Counted from the stretch's first letter, positions 27,683 through 37,921 are shown. The stretch: DNA of 64,000 bases from Vicinamibacteria bacterium (GCA_963555995.3 OY821641.1:896001-960000), one strand, 5' to 3'. Notes: a model not told the origin generated them from the letters alone. Numbers and translations: made by a program.

Positions 27683-28456
27683 CTAGCGCGAGGCCGCTTC
27701 GGCCGGCTCGGTGGTCCATTCCGCATGTCGCACGCACGCGTCGATGCGAATGCCTCGGACCGTGATCTTGGCGTCGGACCTGTCGGTCGCGATGCGGGCG
27801 ACTTCCTCTTTGTTCACGAAGCACGGTAGGACGGGAGCATCGCTGGAGAAGTGCTCGGTGGACAGATCCGCGATCGATTCGAAGATCGCCGTCGGGATTT
27901 CCAGCAGTTCGTAGCGCCTTGGAATTTCGTTCCCCGTCCGGAACGCCCGCAGCATCACGATGGCATCCACGGCCGCCCGGTAGTCCTCGAACAGGTGGGT
28001 CAGCCGCTCCTTCCGTTCCTTTGCCTTGCGCACATCCTGGATCCACGCTGCTTCGGTGAGCTTCGAGATGTGGGCGCTGTTCTTGGAGAGGTTCCGGGCC
28101 GCCGTGGACTTCAGGGACAGCCTGCGTGGGAGCCCGTCGTCCGGCGTTACTTCGAGGTCCACGAACCTCCTGGTGGGAGAACCCGGCGGATCCAGAGACC
28201 AGCCGACCGATTCGCAGGCGTTGCGGAAGACCGTTTCGAAGCTGGTCAGTTGCAGCGGTTCGCGTGTGGTTCCGTGATGAAGCGACAGCGCCAGACTGAA
28301 GTACTCCATCCAATCCCCGGATTCGGTAATCCAGGTGCCGGACTCCAGGACGCCGGGGCGTGGCGGGTCCGAGAGTGCGTCCACGACGCGGGCCACGAAC
28401 TTGACGCCCGCCGGCGACAGGTGGTCCAGTCTGGCCTTGAGCTGCTGGAGAGTCAC
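27683..28456 (-). CDS. Type II restriction endonuclease, SmaI-like
   Basis: Coupled to an MTase. Motifs LHHGTTREPL..TSFE..F, RLSLKSTAARNLSKNSAHISKLTE, YELLEIP, ACVRHAEW parallel SmaI as I recall it. Confidence 0.7.
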   Translation of the reverse strand: MTLQQLKARLDHLSPAGVKFVARVVDALSDPPRPGVLESGTWITESGDWMEYFSLALSLHHGTTREPLQLTSFETVFRNACESVGWSLDPPGSPTRRFVDLEVTPDDGLPRRLSLKSTAARNLSKNSAHISKLTEAAWIQDVRKAKERKERLTHLFEDYRAAVDAIVMLRAFRTGNEIPRRYELLEIPTAIFESIADLSTEHFSSDAPVLPCFVNKEEVARIATDRSDAKITVRGIRIDACVRHAEWTTEPAEAASR

Positions 28457-29523
28457 GTACTCGCAAGCCGGCGCGCCATCAGCTCGACGTACGCCGGGTT
28501 GAGATCAATGCCGATCCATTTCCGACCGAGATTCCTGGCGGCCACGAGCGTGGTTCCCGATCCGGCATAGGGGTCGAGGACGACGCTGCCTTCGCGGCTG
28601 GTAATGGCGAGACAGCGATGGACGATGGCGAGGGGCATCACGGCGGGGTGGCCCGCCGTTGATCCATTGGCCTTCTGCGGTTCCGTGGGAATCTCCCAGA
28701 TCGTCCTGAGCCTCCGCCGGTTCGGTCCCCGGACCGCTTGCACGTCGTAGAAGTAGTCCTGGCTCTTTGACAGGAGGAACACCGTTTCGTGCGCCTTCGT
28801 GGGACGATCGCGCACGGATTCCGGATGGGCGTTGGGTTTCGCCCAGATGACCTCGGAGCGCAACCACCAACCGGCGTCCTGGAGCGCGAAGGCGATCCGC
28901 CAGGGAACGCCGATCAGGTCCTTGGGCTTCAGGCCGTCCGGGGTCGGCGGACGCACGTTCATCTTGCGGACGCGGTTCTTGCGGTCCGGGGCGCGGTAGC
29001 GGCGATTGCCGGAGGTGTAGGCGTCGCCCACGTTGAGCCAGACGGTTCCGTCGCTTCGCAGCACCCTCCGCAGTTTCCCGAAGACGGCGACGATGCTGTC
29101 CACGTAGTCACTGAGCGACTCGGCGCACCCGACCTGGTGCTCCACCTGGTAGTCCCGGAGCGACCAGTACGGGGGAGAGGTGACCACCGTCTGGACCGAC
29201 TCGTCGGGCAGGATGTCGAGAGCGTTGAGCGCGTCTCCGCAGATGAGCACGGGCTTGTCGATAGCGTTCAGACGCTTCGTCGTGGGCGTTTCAATCCGCT
29301 TGAAGTCCGCCGCTTCCCGAGGACGGGGCAGCGGGGTCAACAGGAGCGGCCCCGCCGGTTCCGTGAACCCCGGGCCGATCGAAGTCTCTCGACCCGCCGT
29401 CGGCGGAGGCGGCGCGGCGACAGGTGTCCGAAGCGCCGGTGGCGTCTCGGGCAGGGTGTTTCCCACGCGACGTTCCCAGCCCGGATTCTGCCCCGGAACG
29501 GCCCTTCGAGCAACCATCGCCAC
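28453..29523 (-). CDS. N4-cytosine/N6-adenine DNA methyltransferase (beta class)
   Basis: VTSPPY precedes HPAVMP...VLDPYAGSGTT. KPKDLIGVPWRIAFALQDAGW is M.SmaI/M.Cfr9I-like. Start uncertain. Confidence 0.92.
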   Translation of the reverse strand: MAMVARRAVPGQNPGWERRVGNTLPETPPALRTPVAAPPPPTAGRETSIGPGFTEPAGPLLLTPLPRPREAADFKRIETPTTKRLNAIDKPVLICGDALNALDILPDESVQTVVTSPPYWSLRDYQVEHQVGCAESLSDYVDSIVAVFGKLRRVLRSDGTVWLNVGDAYTSGNRRYRAPDRKNRVRKMNVRPPTPDGLKPKDLIGVPWRIAFALQDAGWWLRSEVIWAKPNAHPESVRDRPTKAHETVFLLSKSQDYFYDVQAVRGPNRRRLRTIWEIPTEPQKANGSTAGHPAVMPLAIVHRCLAITSREGSVVLDPYAGSGTTLVAARNLGRKWIGIDLNPAYVELMARRLAST

Positions 29524-29526
29524 GCC

Positions 29527-31410
29527 TCAGATCACGCCGTGCAGCGGGCCGCCGGGGGCGGCGAGGGTGTCCACCCGGCGGGTGACGGCGGGGTCCTCGA
29601 TCAGCGGGGGGGCGTGGTGGGGCTTGAGGCGGGCGTCGATGAGCACGGGTTCCACGCAGCTCCAGTGCTTGTGGCGGATTGCCGCCCGGCGGCCGTGCAT
29701 GTCGTGCGAGGGGTTGGACCGGGTGAAGGCCACCCAGAGCAGGTTGCGGAGGCTCTCGGCGGCGAAGCCCGGATCGTCGCAGAGGACGACGAGCGGCATC
29801 CCGGTCAGGTCGCTTCCGGCGCGCTCCGCCGCGTCGAGCGCGTCCCAGAGCGGGGCCAGGCCGGCTTCCACGCGTTCGTAGGCGTCGAACCGCGGTCCGC
29901 CCAGGACGAAGATGCCCGGCAGCACCACCGAGAGGCCCGAAAACCCCGGGGGAAGCGCCCCGCCCACTCCCGCCGGAACCTCGCGGGCGAGCGACCGCCG
30001 TTCCGCTCCCGCTCCGGCGATCACCAGCTTCGACCCCGCGTTCAGGCCGGTGCCCGAGTAGTCGAGGGTGTCCATGGTGGTGCGGGTCTGGAAGTGGAGA
30101 TCGGAAGCGAGGTCCACCCGGCGGAGGACGTGGTCCAGCATCGCGGGGATGTCATGCGCCGCGAGGTCGGGCGCGTCCTCGCGGGCCGCGATGAACAGGT
30201 ACTTGGCCAGCGAGCACTGTCCGAAGCCCAGGATCGCGTTGGCGATGGTCCAGAGTTCCTGCGGCCGCCGGCCCGTGAAGGGCGAATAGCGCTCGCTGCC
30301 GACCGCGAGCAGCAGCGGGTGGACCCCGGCGGCGTCCACCGCGTGCACCGAGTGGACGCCCGGCAGCGTGGTGGGGACCATCGGTTCGGTGATCTCGTGG
30401 ATGAGCTGGCCGAAGGTGGTGTCCTCCTGCGGGGGACGGCCCACCACGGTGAGCGGCCAGACCGCTCCGGCCCGGTGGGTCACGGAGGTCACCCGCAGGA
30501 CCGGGAACGGATGGGTCAGGCTGTAGTAGCCGAGGTGGTCCCCGAAGGGGCCCTCGGGGAGGGTGCGGCCGGGGTCCACCCACCCGGTGATGGTGAAGTC
30601 GGCGTCCGCCGAGACCACGAACCCGTCGTCCCGCCGCCGCCACCGGAACCGGCGTCCGGCGAGCATCCCGGCGAAGAGCAGTTCGCTCAGCCCCTCCGGC
30701 AGCGGCATCACCGCGGCGAGGGTGTGGGCGGGCGGCCCGCCCACGAAGATGCTCACCCGGAGCGGCTCGCCGCGGCGCTCGGCGGCGGTGTGGTGGACGC
30801 CGATGCCGCGGTGGATCTGGTAGTGCATCCCGGCTTCGTCCGCGCCGTATGCGCCCCCGGCGAGCTGGATGCGGTACATCCCCACGTTGGAGGAGAGCGG
30901 GGCGCCCAGGGGGCCGCTTCCCGGGGGAACTTCCGGATCTTCCGTGAAGACTTGGGGCAGGGTGATGAAGGAGCCGCCGTCGTCGGGCCACGAGGTGATC
31001 CGGGGGACTTCCGCAAGGGTGATCCGGTGCGCCTGGCTGGGAGCCGAGCGCACGCGGCCGGGCAGCGAATGCACGGCGGCCTCCGCGGCTCGTAGCGGCG
31101 CTGACGGCCGGCTGCGGAGGTCGGAGAAGACCTTCCCCGGCGCCGCCCGGTAGCGGACCGCCGCCTTCGCGCCGTCGAGCCCGTGCCGGAGCAGGAACCG
31201 CGCCCGCTCCATGGTCCCGAAGAGGTTGGAGACGCAGGGAAACGCCGACCCCTTCACGTTCTCGTAGAGGATGGCGGGCGCTCCGGCGGCGTAGGCGCGG
31301 CGCTGGATCTCGGCGACTTCGAGGTGGCCGTCCACCTCGTCGGGCACCCGGACCAGCATCCGGTTGGCTTCGAGGTCGGCGACGGCGTCGGCGAGCGACC
31401 GGTAGGGCAT
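29527..31410 (-). CDS. UbiD-family (prFMN-dependent) decarboxylase
   Basis: VSNLFGTMER, WPDDGGSFITLP, NVGMYRIQ, PEGPFGDHLGYYS, VVGRPPQED. Confidence 0.92.
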   Translation of the reverse strand: MPYRSLADAVADLEANRMLVRVPDEVDGHLEVAEIQRRAYAAGAPAILYENVKGSAFPCVSNLFGTMERARFLLRHGLDGAKAAVRYRAAPGKVFSDLRSRPSAPLRAAEAAVHSLPGRVRSAPSQAHRITLAEVPRITSWPDDGGSFITLPQVFTEDPEVPPGSGPLGAPLSSNVGMYRIQLAGGAYGADEAGMHYQIHRGIGVHHTAAERRGEPLRVSIFVGGPPAHTLAAVMPLPEGLSELLFAGMLAGRRFRWRRRDDGFVVSADADFTITGWVDPGRTLPEGPFGDHLGYYSLTHPFPVLRVTSVTHRAGAVWPLTVVGRPPQEDTTFGQLIHEITEPMVPTTLPGVHSVHAVDAAGVHPLLLAVGSERYSPFTGRRPQELWTIANAILGFGQCSLAKYLFIAAREDAPDLAAHDIPAMLDHVLRRVDLASDLHFQTRTTMDTLDYSGTGLNAGSKLVIAGAGAERRSLAREVPAGVGGALPPGFSGLSVVLPGIFVLGGPRFDAYERVEAGLAPLWDALDAAERAGSDLTGMPLVVLCDDPGFAAESLRNLLWVAFTRSNPSHDMHGRRAAIRHKHWSCVEPVLIDARLKPHHAPPLIEDPAVTRRVDTLAAPGGPLHGVI

Positions 31411-31491
31411 GGGAATGGCTTGGTCTCCCTTACGCCGGTGGCCGGTGAGCGACCCGATGTCCGAACGGGTCGCCCGTCCCAGGATGAACGC

Positions 31492-31728
31492 TCACCATCG
31501 TTTACGCCGGTCGGCGATCACGGTGTCCGCGATTGGCCGACCCCGCATGGGGATCGGCTGGAAGTGGCTGGCCGGCTCTGCTCGTGGGGAGGCGGTACCT
31601 GATTCGCGAGGATCAGACCCCGTTCGACGGTGTTCAACAGCGACGGATGGATCCTCCAGGGGCCGACCGTGGCTTGGCGCAGGCTCACGGGCAGGGCCCG
31701 GTCCCGAGGGTTCGTCATGGGTCTTCAT
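31492..31728 (-). CDS. Small hypothetical protein, possible orphan antitoxin
   Basis: GGGAG RBS. C-terminus FQPIPMRGRPIADTVIADRR resembles tails of VapC-associated antitoxins. Confidence 0.45.
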   Translation of the reverse strand: MKTHDEPSGPGPAREPAPSHGRPLEDPSVAVEHRRTGSDPRESGTASPRAEPASHFQPIPMRGRPIADTVIADRRKRW

Positions 31729-31850
31729 GGTCTGGCTCCCTGAATGGTCGTTACCGAGTTCGCGTCGAGGACGAGGAAGGATACGGTCCGATGAACACGA
31801 GGAACCCCTCCCCGAAGAATGCCGACGGCCCCGGGACCCCGAAAGTTAGG

Positions 31851-32846
31851 ATGCGGCGCGTGGAGAGGAAGACGGTCAGCCTGATCGGGGTGCCGCTGGA
31901 TCTGGGGGCCGGTTGCCGGGGGGTGGACATGGGGCCCTCCGCCATGCGCCGCGCGGGGATCGCATCGCGCCTCGAGCGCCTGGGACACCGGGTCGAGGAC
32001 ACCGGCAATCTCGACGCCCCGGTGGCGGAGGCGCTCGACGGTTTCGGGGATCCGGGCGCCCGGTACCTCGACGAGGTCGTCCGGGTGCTCGGGGACCTCG
32101 CCCGGCGGGTCCGCGACCTGCGCCGCCGCGGGCGGCTGCCGCTCGTGCTCGGCGGCGACCATTCGATGGCGGCCGGGACGGTCTCGGGGATGACGGGGTG
32201 TGGGGACCCCGCCGCCGGCGCCGGTGGCCGGACCGAGGAGCTGGGACTCCTCTGGGTGGACGCCCACGCCGACGCCAACACCCCGGACACCTCTCCGAGC
32301 GGCAACCTGCACGGGATGCCGGTCGCGGTCCTCTTCGGGCGCGGCCCGGAGGCGCTCGTCCGGGTCGGCGGATTCGCTCCCGGGGCGCGCCGGCTGGATC
32401 CGCGGAACGCCGTGCTCATCGGGGTCCGCAGCGTGGACGAGGCGGAGGCGGGGGTGGTCGCCGATCTGGGGGTGCGCGTGTACACCATGGAGGAGGTGGA
32501 TCGCCGGGGTTTCGCGACCGTTGTGGACGAGGCGGTCGCCCGCGTGCTCGACGGGACCGACGGGATGCACCTCAGCCTCGACATGGACGGACTCGATCCG
32601 GAGATCGCCCCTGGGGTCGGGACCCCCGTCCGGGGCGGACTCAGCTACCGGGAGGCGCACACCCTGATGGAGGCGGTGGCGGAGAGCGGCGGACTCCGGT
32701 CGCTCGAGGTGGCGGAGGTGAACCCGATCCGCGACGTCCGCAACCAGACCGCCGAGCTCGCGGTCGAGCTGGTGGCGTCGGCGCTCGGCAAGCGGACGCT
32801 GCCGGGGATTGACGGATCCCGGAACCGTTCGGCAGACCCGCGGTGA
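31851..32846 (+). CDS. rocF: Arginase
   Basis: GVPLDLGA..RGVDMGP, LGGDHS, WVDAHAD.NTPDTSPSGNLHGMP, SLDMDGLDP, EVNP. Confidence 0.93.
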   Translation: MRRVERKTVSLIGVPLDLGAGCRGVDMGPSAMRRAGIASRLERLGHRVEDTGNLDAPVAEALDGFGDPGARYLDEVVRVLGDLARRVRDLRRRGRLPLVLGGDHSMAAGTVSGMTGCGDPAAGAGGRTEELGLLWVDAHADANTPDTSPSGNLHGMPVAVLFGRGPEALVRVGGFAPGARRLDPRNAVLIGVRSVDEAEAGVVADLGVRVYTMEEVDRRGFATVVDEAVARVLDGTDGMHLSLDMDGLDPEIAPGVGTPVRGGLSYREAHTLMEAVAESGGLRSLEVAEVNPIRDVRNQTAELAVELVASALGKRTLPGIDGSRNRSADPR

Positions 32847-33556
32847 TCCTCCACCTGCCGGACGGTGGCTCGGGGACCGTCAGCGCGGCCCTTCACGATC
32901 CTGCCACCGCCGCCGGCGCCACCCCGCTGCTCATGCTCACCCACGGCGCCGGCGGGAACCGGGACACGCCCGGGCTCGTCTCGCTGGCCGAGTCGCTGGC
33001 GGCGCGAAACATCCGGATCCTCCGCTTCAATCTGCCGGCGGCGGAAGCCGGACGGCGACGCCCCGACCGGGCGGACCGCGCGATCGCCTGCGTCGCCGCG
33101 GTCGTGGACCGGGCGGCGCGGGAACTGGGCGGCCCTCTCTTCCTCGGCGGCCGCTCCTTCGGCGGGAGGATGGCGTCCCTCCTGCTCGCGGACGAGGGCG
33201 CGTCGGGGCGTCGTCCGGTGGCGGGTCTGGTGCTCCTCGCCTATCCGCTGAAACCGCCGGGCAAGGCCGAGGTTCCACCGGAGCGGATGGGGCACCTCTC
33301 CCGGATCGGCGTCCCCACGCTCTTCGTGAGCGGTGACCGGGATCCCTTCGCGCCGCCGGCCCTGCTGAACCCGGTGGCCGCCGCCGCGGGCGCCGAGGTG
33401 CGCTGGATCGCGGGGGGCGACCACGGGTTCCGGGTGTCGAAAGCGATCCTCACGGAGACCGGACGCACCGCGGCCGCTGTCCGCGACGAGATCGCCGGGA
33501 CGGTGGCGGCGTTCATCGCCGCCACCGCCGCTCCCGGCCCGACCGGCGTCGGGTAG
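32843..33556 (+). CDS. Alpha/beta hydrolase (KANL3/Tex30-like)
   Basis: LTHGAGG, GGRSFGGR, LLAYPL.PPGK, GDRDPF, GGDH. Confidence 0.85.
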   Translation: MILHLPDGGSGTVSAALHDPATAAGATPLLMLTHGAGGNRDTPGLVSLAESLAARNIRILRFNLPAAEAGRRRPDRADRAIACVAAVVDRAARELGGPLFLGGRSFGGRMASLLLADEGASGRRPVAGLVLLAYPLKPPGKAEVPPERMGHLSRIGVPTLFVSGDRDPFAPPALLNPVAAAAGAEVRWIAGGDHGFRVSKAILTETGRTAAAVRDEIAGTVAAFIAATAAPGPTGVG

Positions 33557-33568
33557 GGTTTCGCGCCT

Positions 33569-34936
33569 CTACTTCGGTCCGAAAACCCAGGACATCCCGA
33601 TGGTGAAGGTGTTCTGGCTCTTCGAGAGGCCCTCGCCGCAGCCGGAGCAACTGAAGAAGTCGGCGTCCGACCAGTCCCGCCGGTACTCGAGGCGGGCGAG
33701 GAAGCGCGGGTCGTCCACGACCGGCTGGAACTCCAGCGTCAGCGTGTTCTCCATGAGCATCTGCTCCAGCCCGGTGGAGCGCGCCTCGCGGTCGTTCATG
33801 AACTCGTAGCGCTCGGCGATCCGCACCCGGTCGTTCACGTGGAAGCGGAGGTAGCCGCCGAGTCCCCACGAGGTCGCGCTGGTCCCCATCTCGTCCGTCG
33901 CGGAGATGTAGTCCATGTTCACCATGGCCTCCACCCGGTCGGAGAGGCCGGCGTAGGCGTTCCAGCTCAGGTCCCGGAGCCAGCCGTCGTTGGTGCCGGC
34001 GTTCTCGGGTCCGTTGATCCAGGTCAGCGTGGTGTTGAACTGGTCGCTGGGAGCGAGCGACCCCTGGACGCCGTAGGACTTTCCGGTGTTCTGGTCCCAG
34101 GCGTTGTCGAAGCCGTTCACGAGCATCAGGGTCCCGGTGAAGGTATCCGTCAGCGGGATGCCGAGCCGCGCCCCGACGTGCGAGAACGGCTCGTTCCAGG
34201 CCCACAGGATGCCGCGGGTGTAGTTCCAGTTCAGGTGCGATTCGGCGACCTCGAGTCCGGCGATCGTCCCGAAGGCGCCCATGTCGAACTGGGCGCCGTT
34301 CCCGAACCGGTAGTAGCCGTAGGCCTGCTGGACGTACAGGAGGTCCGCCAGCGGTCCGGGCTCGAGGCCGTCGCGGAAGAGGCGCGCCCCGGAACCGAAC
34401 CAGATGTCGGAACGGAACCCGAAGGGGCCGTCGCCGGTGGTCTCGATCTCCAGCTTCAACTGGTTCAGGCCGAATCCCCGGGCGTTCGGGTTCGTGTAGT
34501 AGAGCGTGTTGTTCCCGTCGGCGGGGTCGTTCGTGTTGTGGGTGAAGTAGGTGTCCACCAGGCCGGTGATGGCGAGCGGCTGCCCGCCGGTGCTCGCGAG
34601 GCCCTCGGGCATTGCCCCGGCATCGTCCTGGGCCGCCGGGGCGGGCAGGTCGGACACGGAGGAGGCGCCGGCATCGGCGGCCGCGAGGGCCAGGCCGGGC
34701 GCCGCGTCCGCCGGCGGGACCTCGGCGCCGCGGGACGCCACCAGGGTTGCCAGCAGGACCTCGAGGTCCTCGATCCGCTCGCGCAGGGAATCCAGTTCGC
34801 CGCGGATCTCCGCTTCCAATTCGGCGGTGGTCACCGCGGCGGGTGGCGGAGATTCGCCGGCGAGCAGCGCCGCCGGCGCAGCGAGTCCGCCCACGAGGAT
34901 CGCGACGAAAGCCGCAAGTGTGATTCGCGTCTTCAT
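33569..34936 (-). CDS. Outer-membrane beta-barrel protein (BBP2/porin-like) with N-terminal coiled coil
   Basis: Signal peptide, GLVDTYF, QQAY, F.TIAGLEVAE...NWNYTRG, EPFSHVG, RLEYRRDWSD, C-terminal W.F. Confidence 0.8.
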   Translation of the reverse strand: MKTRITLAAFVAILVGGLAAPAALLAGESPPPAAVTTAELEAEIRGELDSLRERIEDLEVLLATLVASRGAEVPPADAAPGLALAAADAGASSVSDLPAPAAQDDAGAMPEGLASTGGQPLAITGLVDTYFTHNTNDPADGNNTLYYTNPNARGFGLNQLKLEIETTGDGPFGFRSDIWFGSGARLFRDGLEPGPLADLLYVQQAYGYYRFGNGAQFDMGAFGTIAGLEVAESHLNWNYTRGILWAWNEPFSHVGARLGIPLTDTFTGTLMLVNGFDNAWDQNTGKSYGVQGSLAPSDQFNTTLTWINGPENAGTNDGWLRDLSWNAYAGLSDRVEAMVNMDYISATDEMGTSATSWGLGGYLRFHVNDRVRIAERYEFMNDREARSTGLEQMLMENTLTLEFQPVVDDPRFLARLEYRRDWSDADFFSCSGCGEGLSKSQNTFTIGMSWVFGPK

Positions 34937-35009
34937 GATGTTTCCTCCGCCCATCCCGGGCTGCACAAGCGAAAAGTGAGTTGTCCCATCCCCCCGTAGC
35001 CAGACTCGG

Positions 35010-35990
35010 TTAATCCGGGCCTCCGGGGTTTTCGAGGGCGTAGCGGGCCACCGCTTCGTGGGTGGCGTACCAGACGCCGCCGGCCGCGCCCATGTGCTCG
35101 ATCAGCCGTTCCAGCATGGCGATGCGGGAGCGGTGGCCGATGACGTGGGGATGCATGGTGAGCAGGAACATGCCGCCCTCGGCGTGCGCCATGTCGAACT
35201 CGGCCTTCCAGATGGACAGCACGTCGTCGGGCGTGCTGTGCGGACGCAGCGCCGAGTAGCGGCTGAAGCCGAAGTAGGGGGCGTCGTCCAGGATCCACTC
35301 CACCGGGAGCTCCACGACCCCGGTGGGCTCGCCGTTCGCGACGATCTCGTAGGGCCAGTCGTCCGCCATCAGGCTGGAGTCGTAGAGGAAGCCGAGGTCG
35401 CGGACGATCTGCAGCGTGTTCGGGCTGTAGTCCCACGACGGCGTGCGCAGTCCGACCGGGCGCGTTCCGGTCAGTTCGGTGAGGGTCTCGACCGCGCGTT
35501 CGATGAGTTCGCGCTCCACGTCACCGGGGATGAGCGAGTTGCGTTCGTGGATCCAGCCGTGGACGCCGATCTCGTGCCCGTCAGCGACGATTTCGGCCAC
35601 GTCCTCCCGGTAGATCAGCGCGCTCACCGCGGGGATGAAGAACGAAGCGGGGATCTCGTGCCGCCGCAGCAGGTCGAGGACCCGGGGCAGGCCGGCTCTC
35701 GATCCGTACTGCCCCCGGGAGAGAACGGACGCCGAGGTGTTGTTGTCCCGGAGCGACACCGTTTCGTTGTCGAAGTCGAAGGACAGGGCGACCGCGACGC
35801 GGTTCCCGCCCGGCCACTCCGAGGGCGCGAGGCGCCGGCCGGCGCGGACCGCCTCGATCGGCGCCCGCCACTCCGCTTCGGTCCACTCCCAGGGCCGGAC
35901 CTCGGGTTCCTCGACCGCCGGCTGCGGGTTGCAGGCGCCGACCGACACCGGTACGGCGAACAGGAGCCAAGGGAGCACCGAACCACGCAT
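35010..35990 (-). CDS. Polysaccharide deacetylase family lipoprotein (PuuE/HpPgdA-like)
   Basis: Lipobox VGAC, ALSFDFD, YG.RAGLPRVL, HEIGVHGWIHE, RTPSW, YDSS, TMHPHVIG. Confidence 0.88.
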   Translation of the reverse strand: MRGSVLPWLLFAVPVSVGACNPQPAVEEPEVRPWEWTEAEWRAPIEAVRAGRRLAPSEWPGGNRVAVALSFDFDNETVSLRDNNTSASVLSRGQYGSRAGLPRVLDLLRRHEIPASFFIPAVSALIYREDVAEIVADGHEIGVHGWIHERNSLIPGDVERELIERAVETLTELTGTRPVGLRTPSWDYSPNTLQIVRDLGFLYDSSLMADDWPYEIVANGEPTGVVELPVEWILDDAPYFGFSRYSALRPHSTPDDVLSIWKAEFDMAHAEGGMFLLTMHPHVIGHRSRIAMLERLIEHMGAAGGVWYATHEAVARYALENPGGPD

Positions 35991-36101
35991 GGCCCGCGAT
36001 TCTACGCGGTGCGGTGCGCGCGCGGCCCCCGGTGCGTCCCACGCGCGCCGCCTCCGGCACGGCCCGGCCGGGAGCCTCCCAAACGGTAGAATGCGGCGCC
36101 C

Positions 36102-36686
36102 GTGGCCGCCCCGCACGATCCCTCCGCCCTGAGCGTCAACCTGGCCGCGGTGCCTTCGCACGGCGCCCGCGTCGCCGTCTCCGCCGCGCGGGAGGCCTTC
36201 GGGTTCCCGGAAGCGGAGTTCGAGATCGTGGGCGGTCTCCGGTTGCGCGGCCGTATTGACCGCCTCGAGCGGGACGGCTTTCGACTGCGGGCGCGGCTCG
36301 GAGGGGAGTTGCGGCTCGAGTGCGTCCGCTGCCTCGGTCCCGTTCCGCTTCCCGTGGACGAGGAGCTCGATCTGGTGTACCTGCCCCGGGTCGCCGAGTC
36401 GGGTGCGCCGGGAAGCGGCGAGCGGGCCCTCGAAGCCTCCGACATGAACGTGTCCTTCTACGACGAGGACCGCCTCGAACTGGCCGAGACGGTCTGGGAG
36501 CAGCTTCACCTGGCCCTGCCGGTCAAACCGCTGTGTTCCTCCGGCTGTCTCGGGCTTTGCAGTTCCTGCGGAGCGGACCGCAACCGGCGCCCCCGGTGCG
36601 GTTGCGACGACAATACCGGCCGTTCCGACCGGAGCGGACTCGGCGCCCTCCGCGATCTGGCGGGCTTCGCGCAGACTCCCGGATAG
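36102..36686 (+). CDS. yceD: DUF177/YceD protein
   Basis: LECVRCL, LALPVKPLCSSGCLGLCSSCG. Lies upstream of rpmF. Confidence 0.9.
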   Translation: MAAPHDPSALSVNLAAVPSHGARVAVSAAREAFGFPEAEFEIVGGLRLRGRIDRLERDGFRLRARLGGELRLECVRCLGPVPLPVDEELDLVYLPRVAESGAPGSGERALEASDMNVSFYDEDRLELAETVWEQLHLALPVKPLCSSGCLGLCSSCGADRNRRPRCGCDDNTGRSDRSGLGALRDLAGFAQTPG

Positions 36687-36765
36687 GCACGCGAACAGAA
36701 GCTCCGCGCCGGCCGGCGGCCGGCCGACAACACCATTCCTCCCGTGAACGGACAGGAGAACCGAA

Positions 36766-36948
36766 ATGCCACAACCCAAGAGGCGGCACTCCCGCGGCCG
36801 CCGGAACAACCGGCGTTCCCACGACGGCCTGAAGGCTCCGGGCCTCTCGGTGTGCACCGAGTGCAATCGCCGGATCCGGCCGCATGTGGTCTGCCCGCAT
36901 TGCGGCCACTACAAGGGCAAGAAAGTCATCGAAGTCGGGGACGCGTAA
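36766..36948 (+). CDS. rpmF: 50S ribosomal protein L32
   Basis: MPQPKRRHSRGRRNNRRSH, C..C...PHVVCPHCGHYKG. Confidence 0.96.
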   Translation: MPQPKRRHSRGRRNNRRSHDGLKAPGLSVCTECNRRIRPHVVCPHCGHYKGKKVIEVGDA

Positions 36949-36949
36949 G

Positions 36950-37921
36950 TTGAGCCGGACGGCCTTTCTCTTCCCCGGCCAGGGGTCGCAGCGACCGGGC
37001 ATGGGCCGGGCGCTGCGCGACGCCTTCCCGGAGTCGCGGGCGATCTTCGAGGAGGCGGACGACGTTCTCGGGGAACCGCTCTCGACGCTCTGCTTCGAGG
37101 GGCCGGCGGAGGATCTCCGGCGCACCCGGAACACCCAGCCCGCCATGCTCACGGTGAGCGTGGCCGCCTGGCGCGCTGCGGAAGCGCGCGGGGCGGCCCC
37201 CGACATGGCGGCGGGCCACAGCCTCGGCGAGTACTCGGCGCTGGTCGCGCTCGGCGGTCTGGCGTTCGCGGACGCCCTCCGCCTGACCCGACGCCGCGCC
37301 GAGCTCATGCAGCAGGCGGTGCCCGAGGGCGAGGGCGCCATGTCGGCGGTGCTGGGCCTTCCCGCCACCACGGTGACGGCGGTGACGCGCGAGGTCAGCG
37401 CTCGCGGGGGCGGGCTGGTGGCGCCCGCCAACTTCAACGGCCGTTCCCAGACGGTGATCGGGGGCAACGCCGCCGCGGTCGCCGCCGCCGGCCGGGCGCT
37501 CGAGGCGCGCGGCGCGACGCGGGTGATCCCCCTGCCGGTGAGCGCCCCCTTCCACACCCGCCTCATGGAGCCCGCCGCGCGGCGGTTTGCGCCGGAACTC
37601 GACGCCGCGCCCTTCTCCGACCTGTCGGCGCCCCTCTGGACCAACGTGGACGCTGCTCCGGTCCGTACGGGCGCCGAGGCTCGGGAGGCGCTGAAGCGCC
37701 AGGTGGCGTCCCCGGTACGCTGGGAGGAGACCCTGCGGGGGATGGCGGCGGCGGGCGCTTCCGTCTTCCCCGAGATCGGCGAGGGCCGGGTGCTGACCGG
37801 GCTGGTGCGGATGAACCTGCCGGGCGTGGAGGCTTTCGGGGTTTCCGATCGGGATGGGATTGCCCGGCTCCAGGGATTCGCCCACGGCCAGCGCCCCCCG
37901 GTCCGCGGGAGGACGTGGTGA
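36950..37921 (+). CDS. fabD: Malonyl-CoA:ACP transacylase
   Basis: FLFPGQGSQ, TQPAM, AGHSLGEYSAL, VSAPFH. Confidence 0.95.
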   Translation: MSRTAFLFPGQGSQRPGMGRALRDAFPESRAIFEEADDVLGEPLSTLCFEGPAEDLRRTRNTQPAMLTVSVAAWRAAEARGAAPDMAAGHSLGEYSALVALGGLAFADALRLTRRRAELMQQAVPEGEGAMSAVLGLPATTVTAVTREVSARGGGLVAPANFNGRSQTVIGGNAAAVAAAGRALEARGATRVIPLPVSAPFHTRLMEPAARRFAPELDAAPFSDLSAPLWTNVDAAPVRTGAEAREALKRQVASPVRWEETLRGMAAAGASVFPEIGEGRVLTGLVRMNLPGVEAFGVSDRDGIARLQGFAHGQRPPVRGRTW

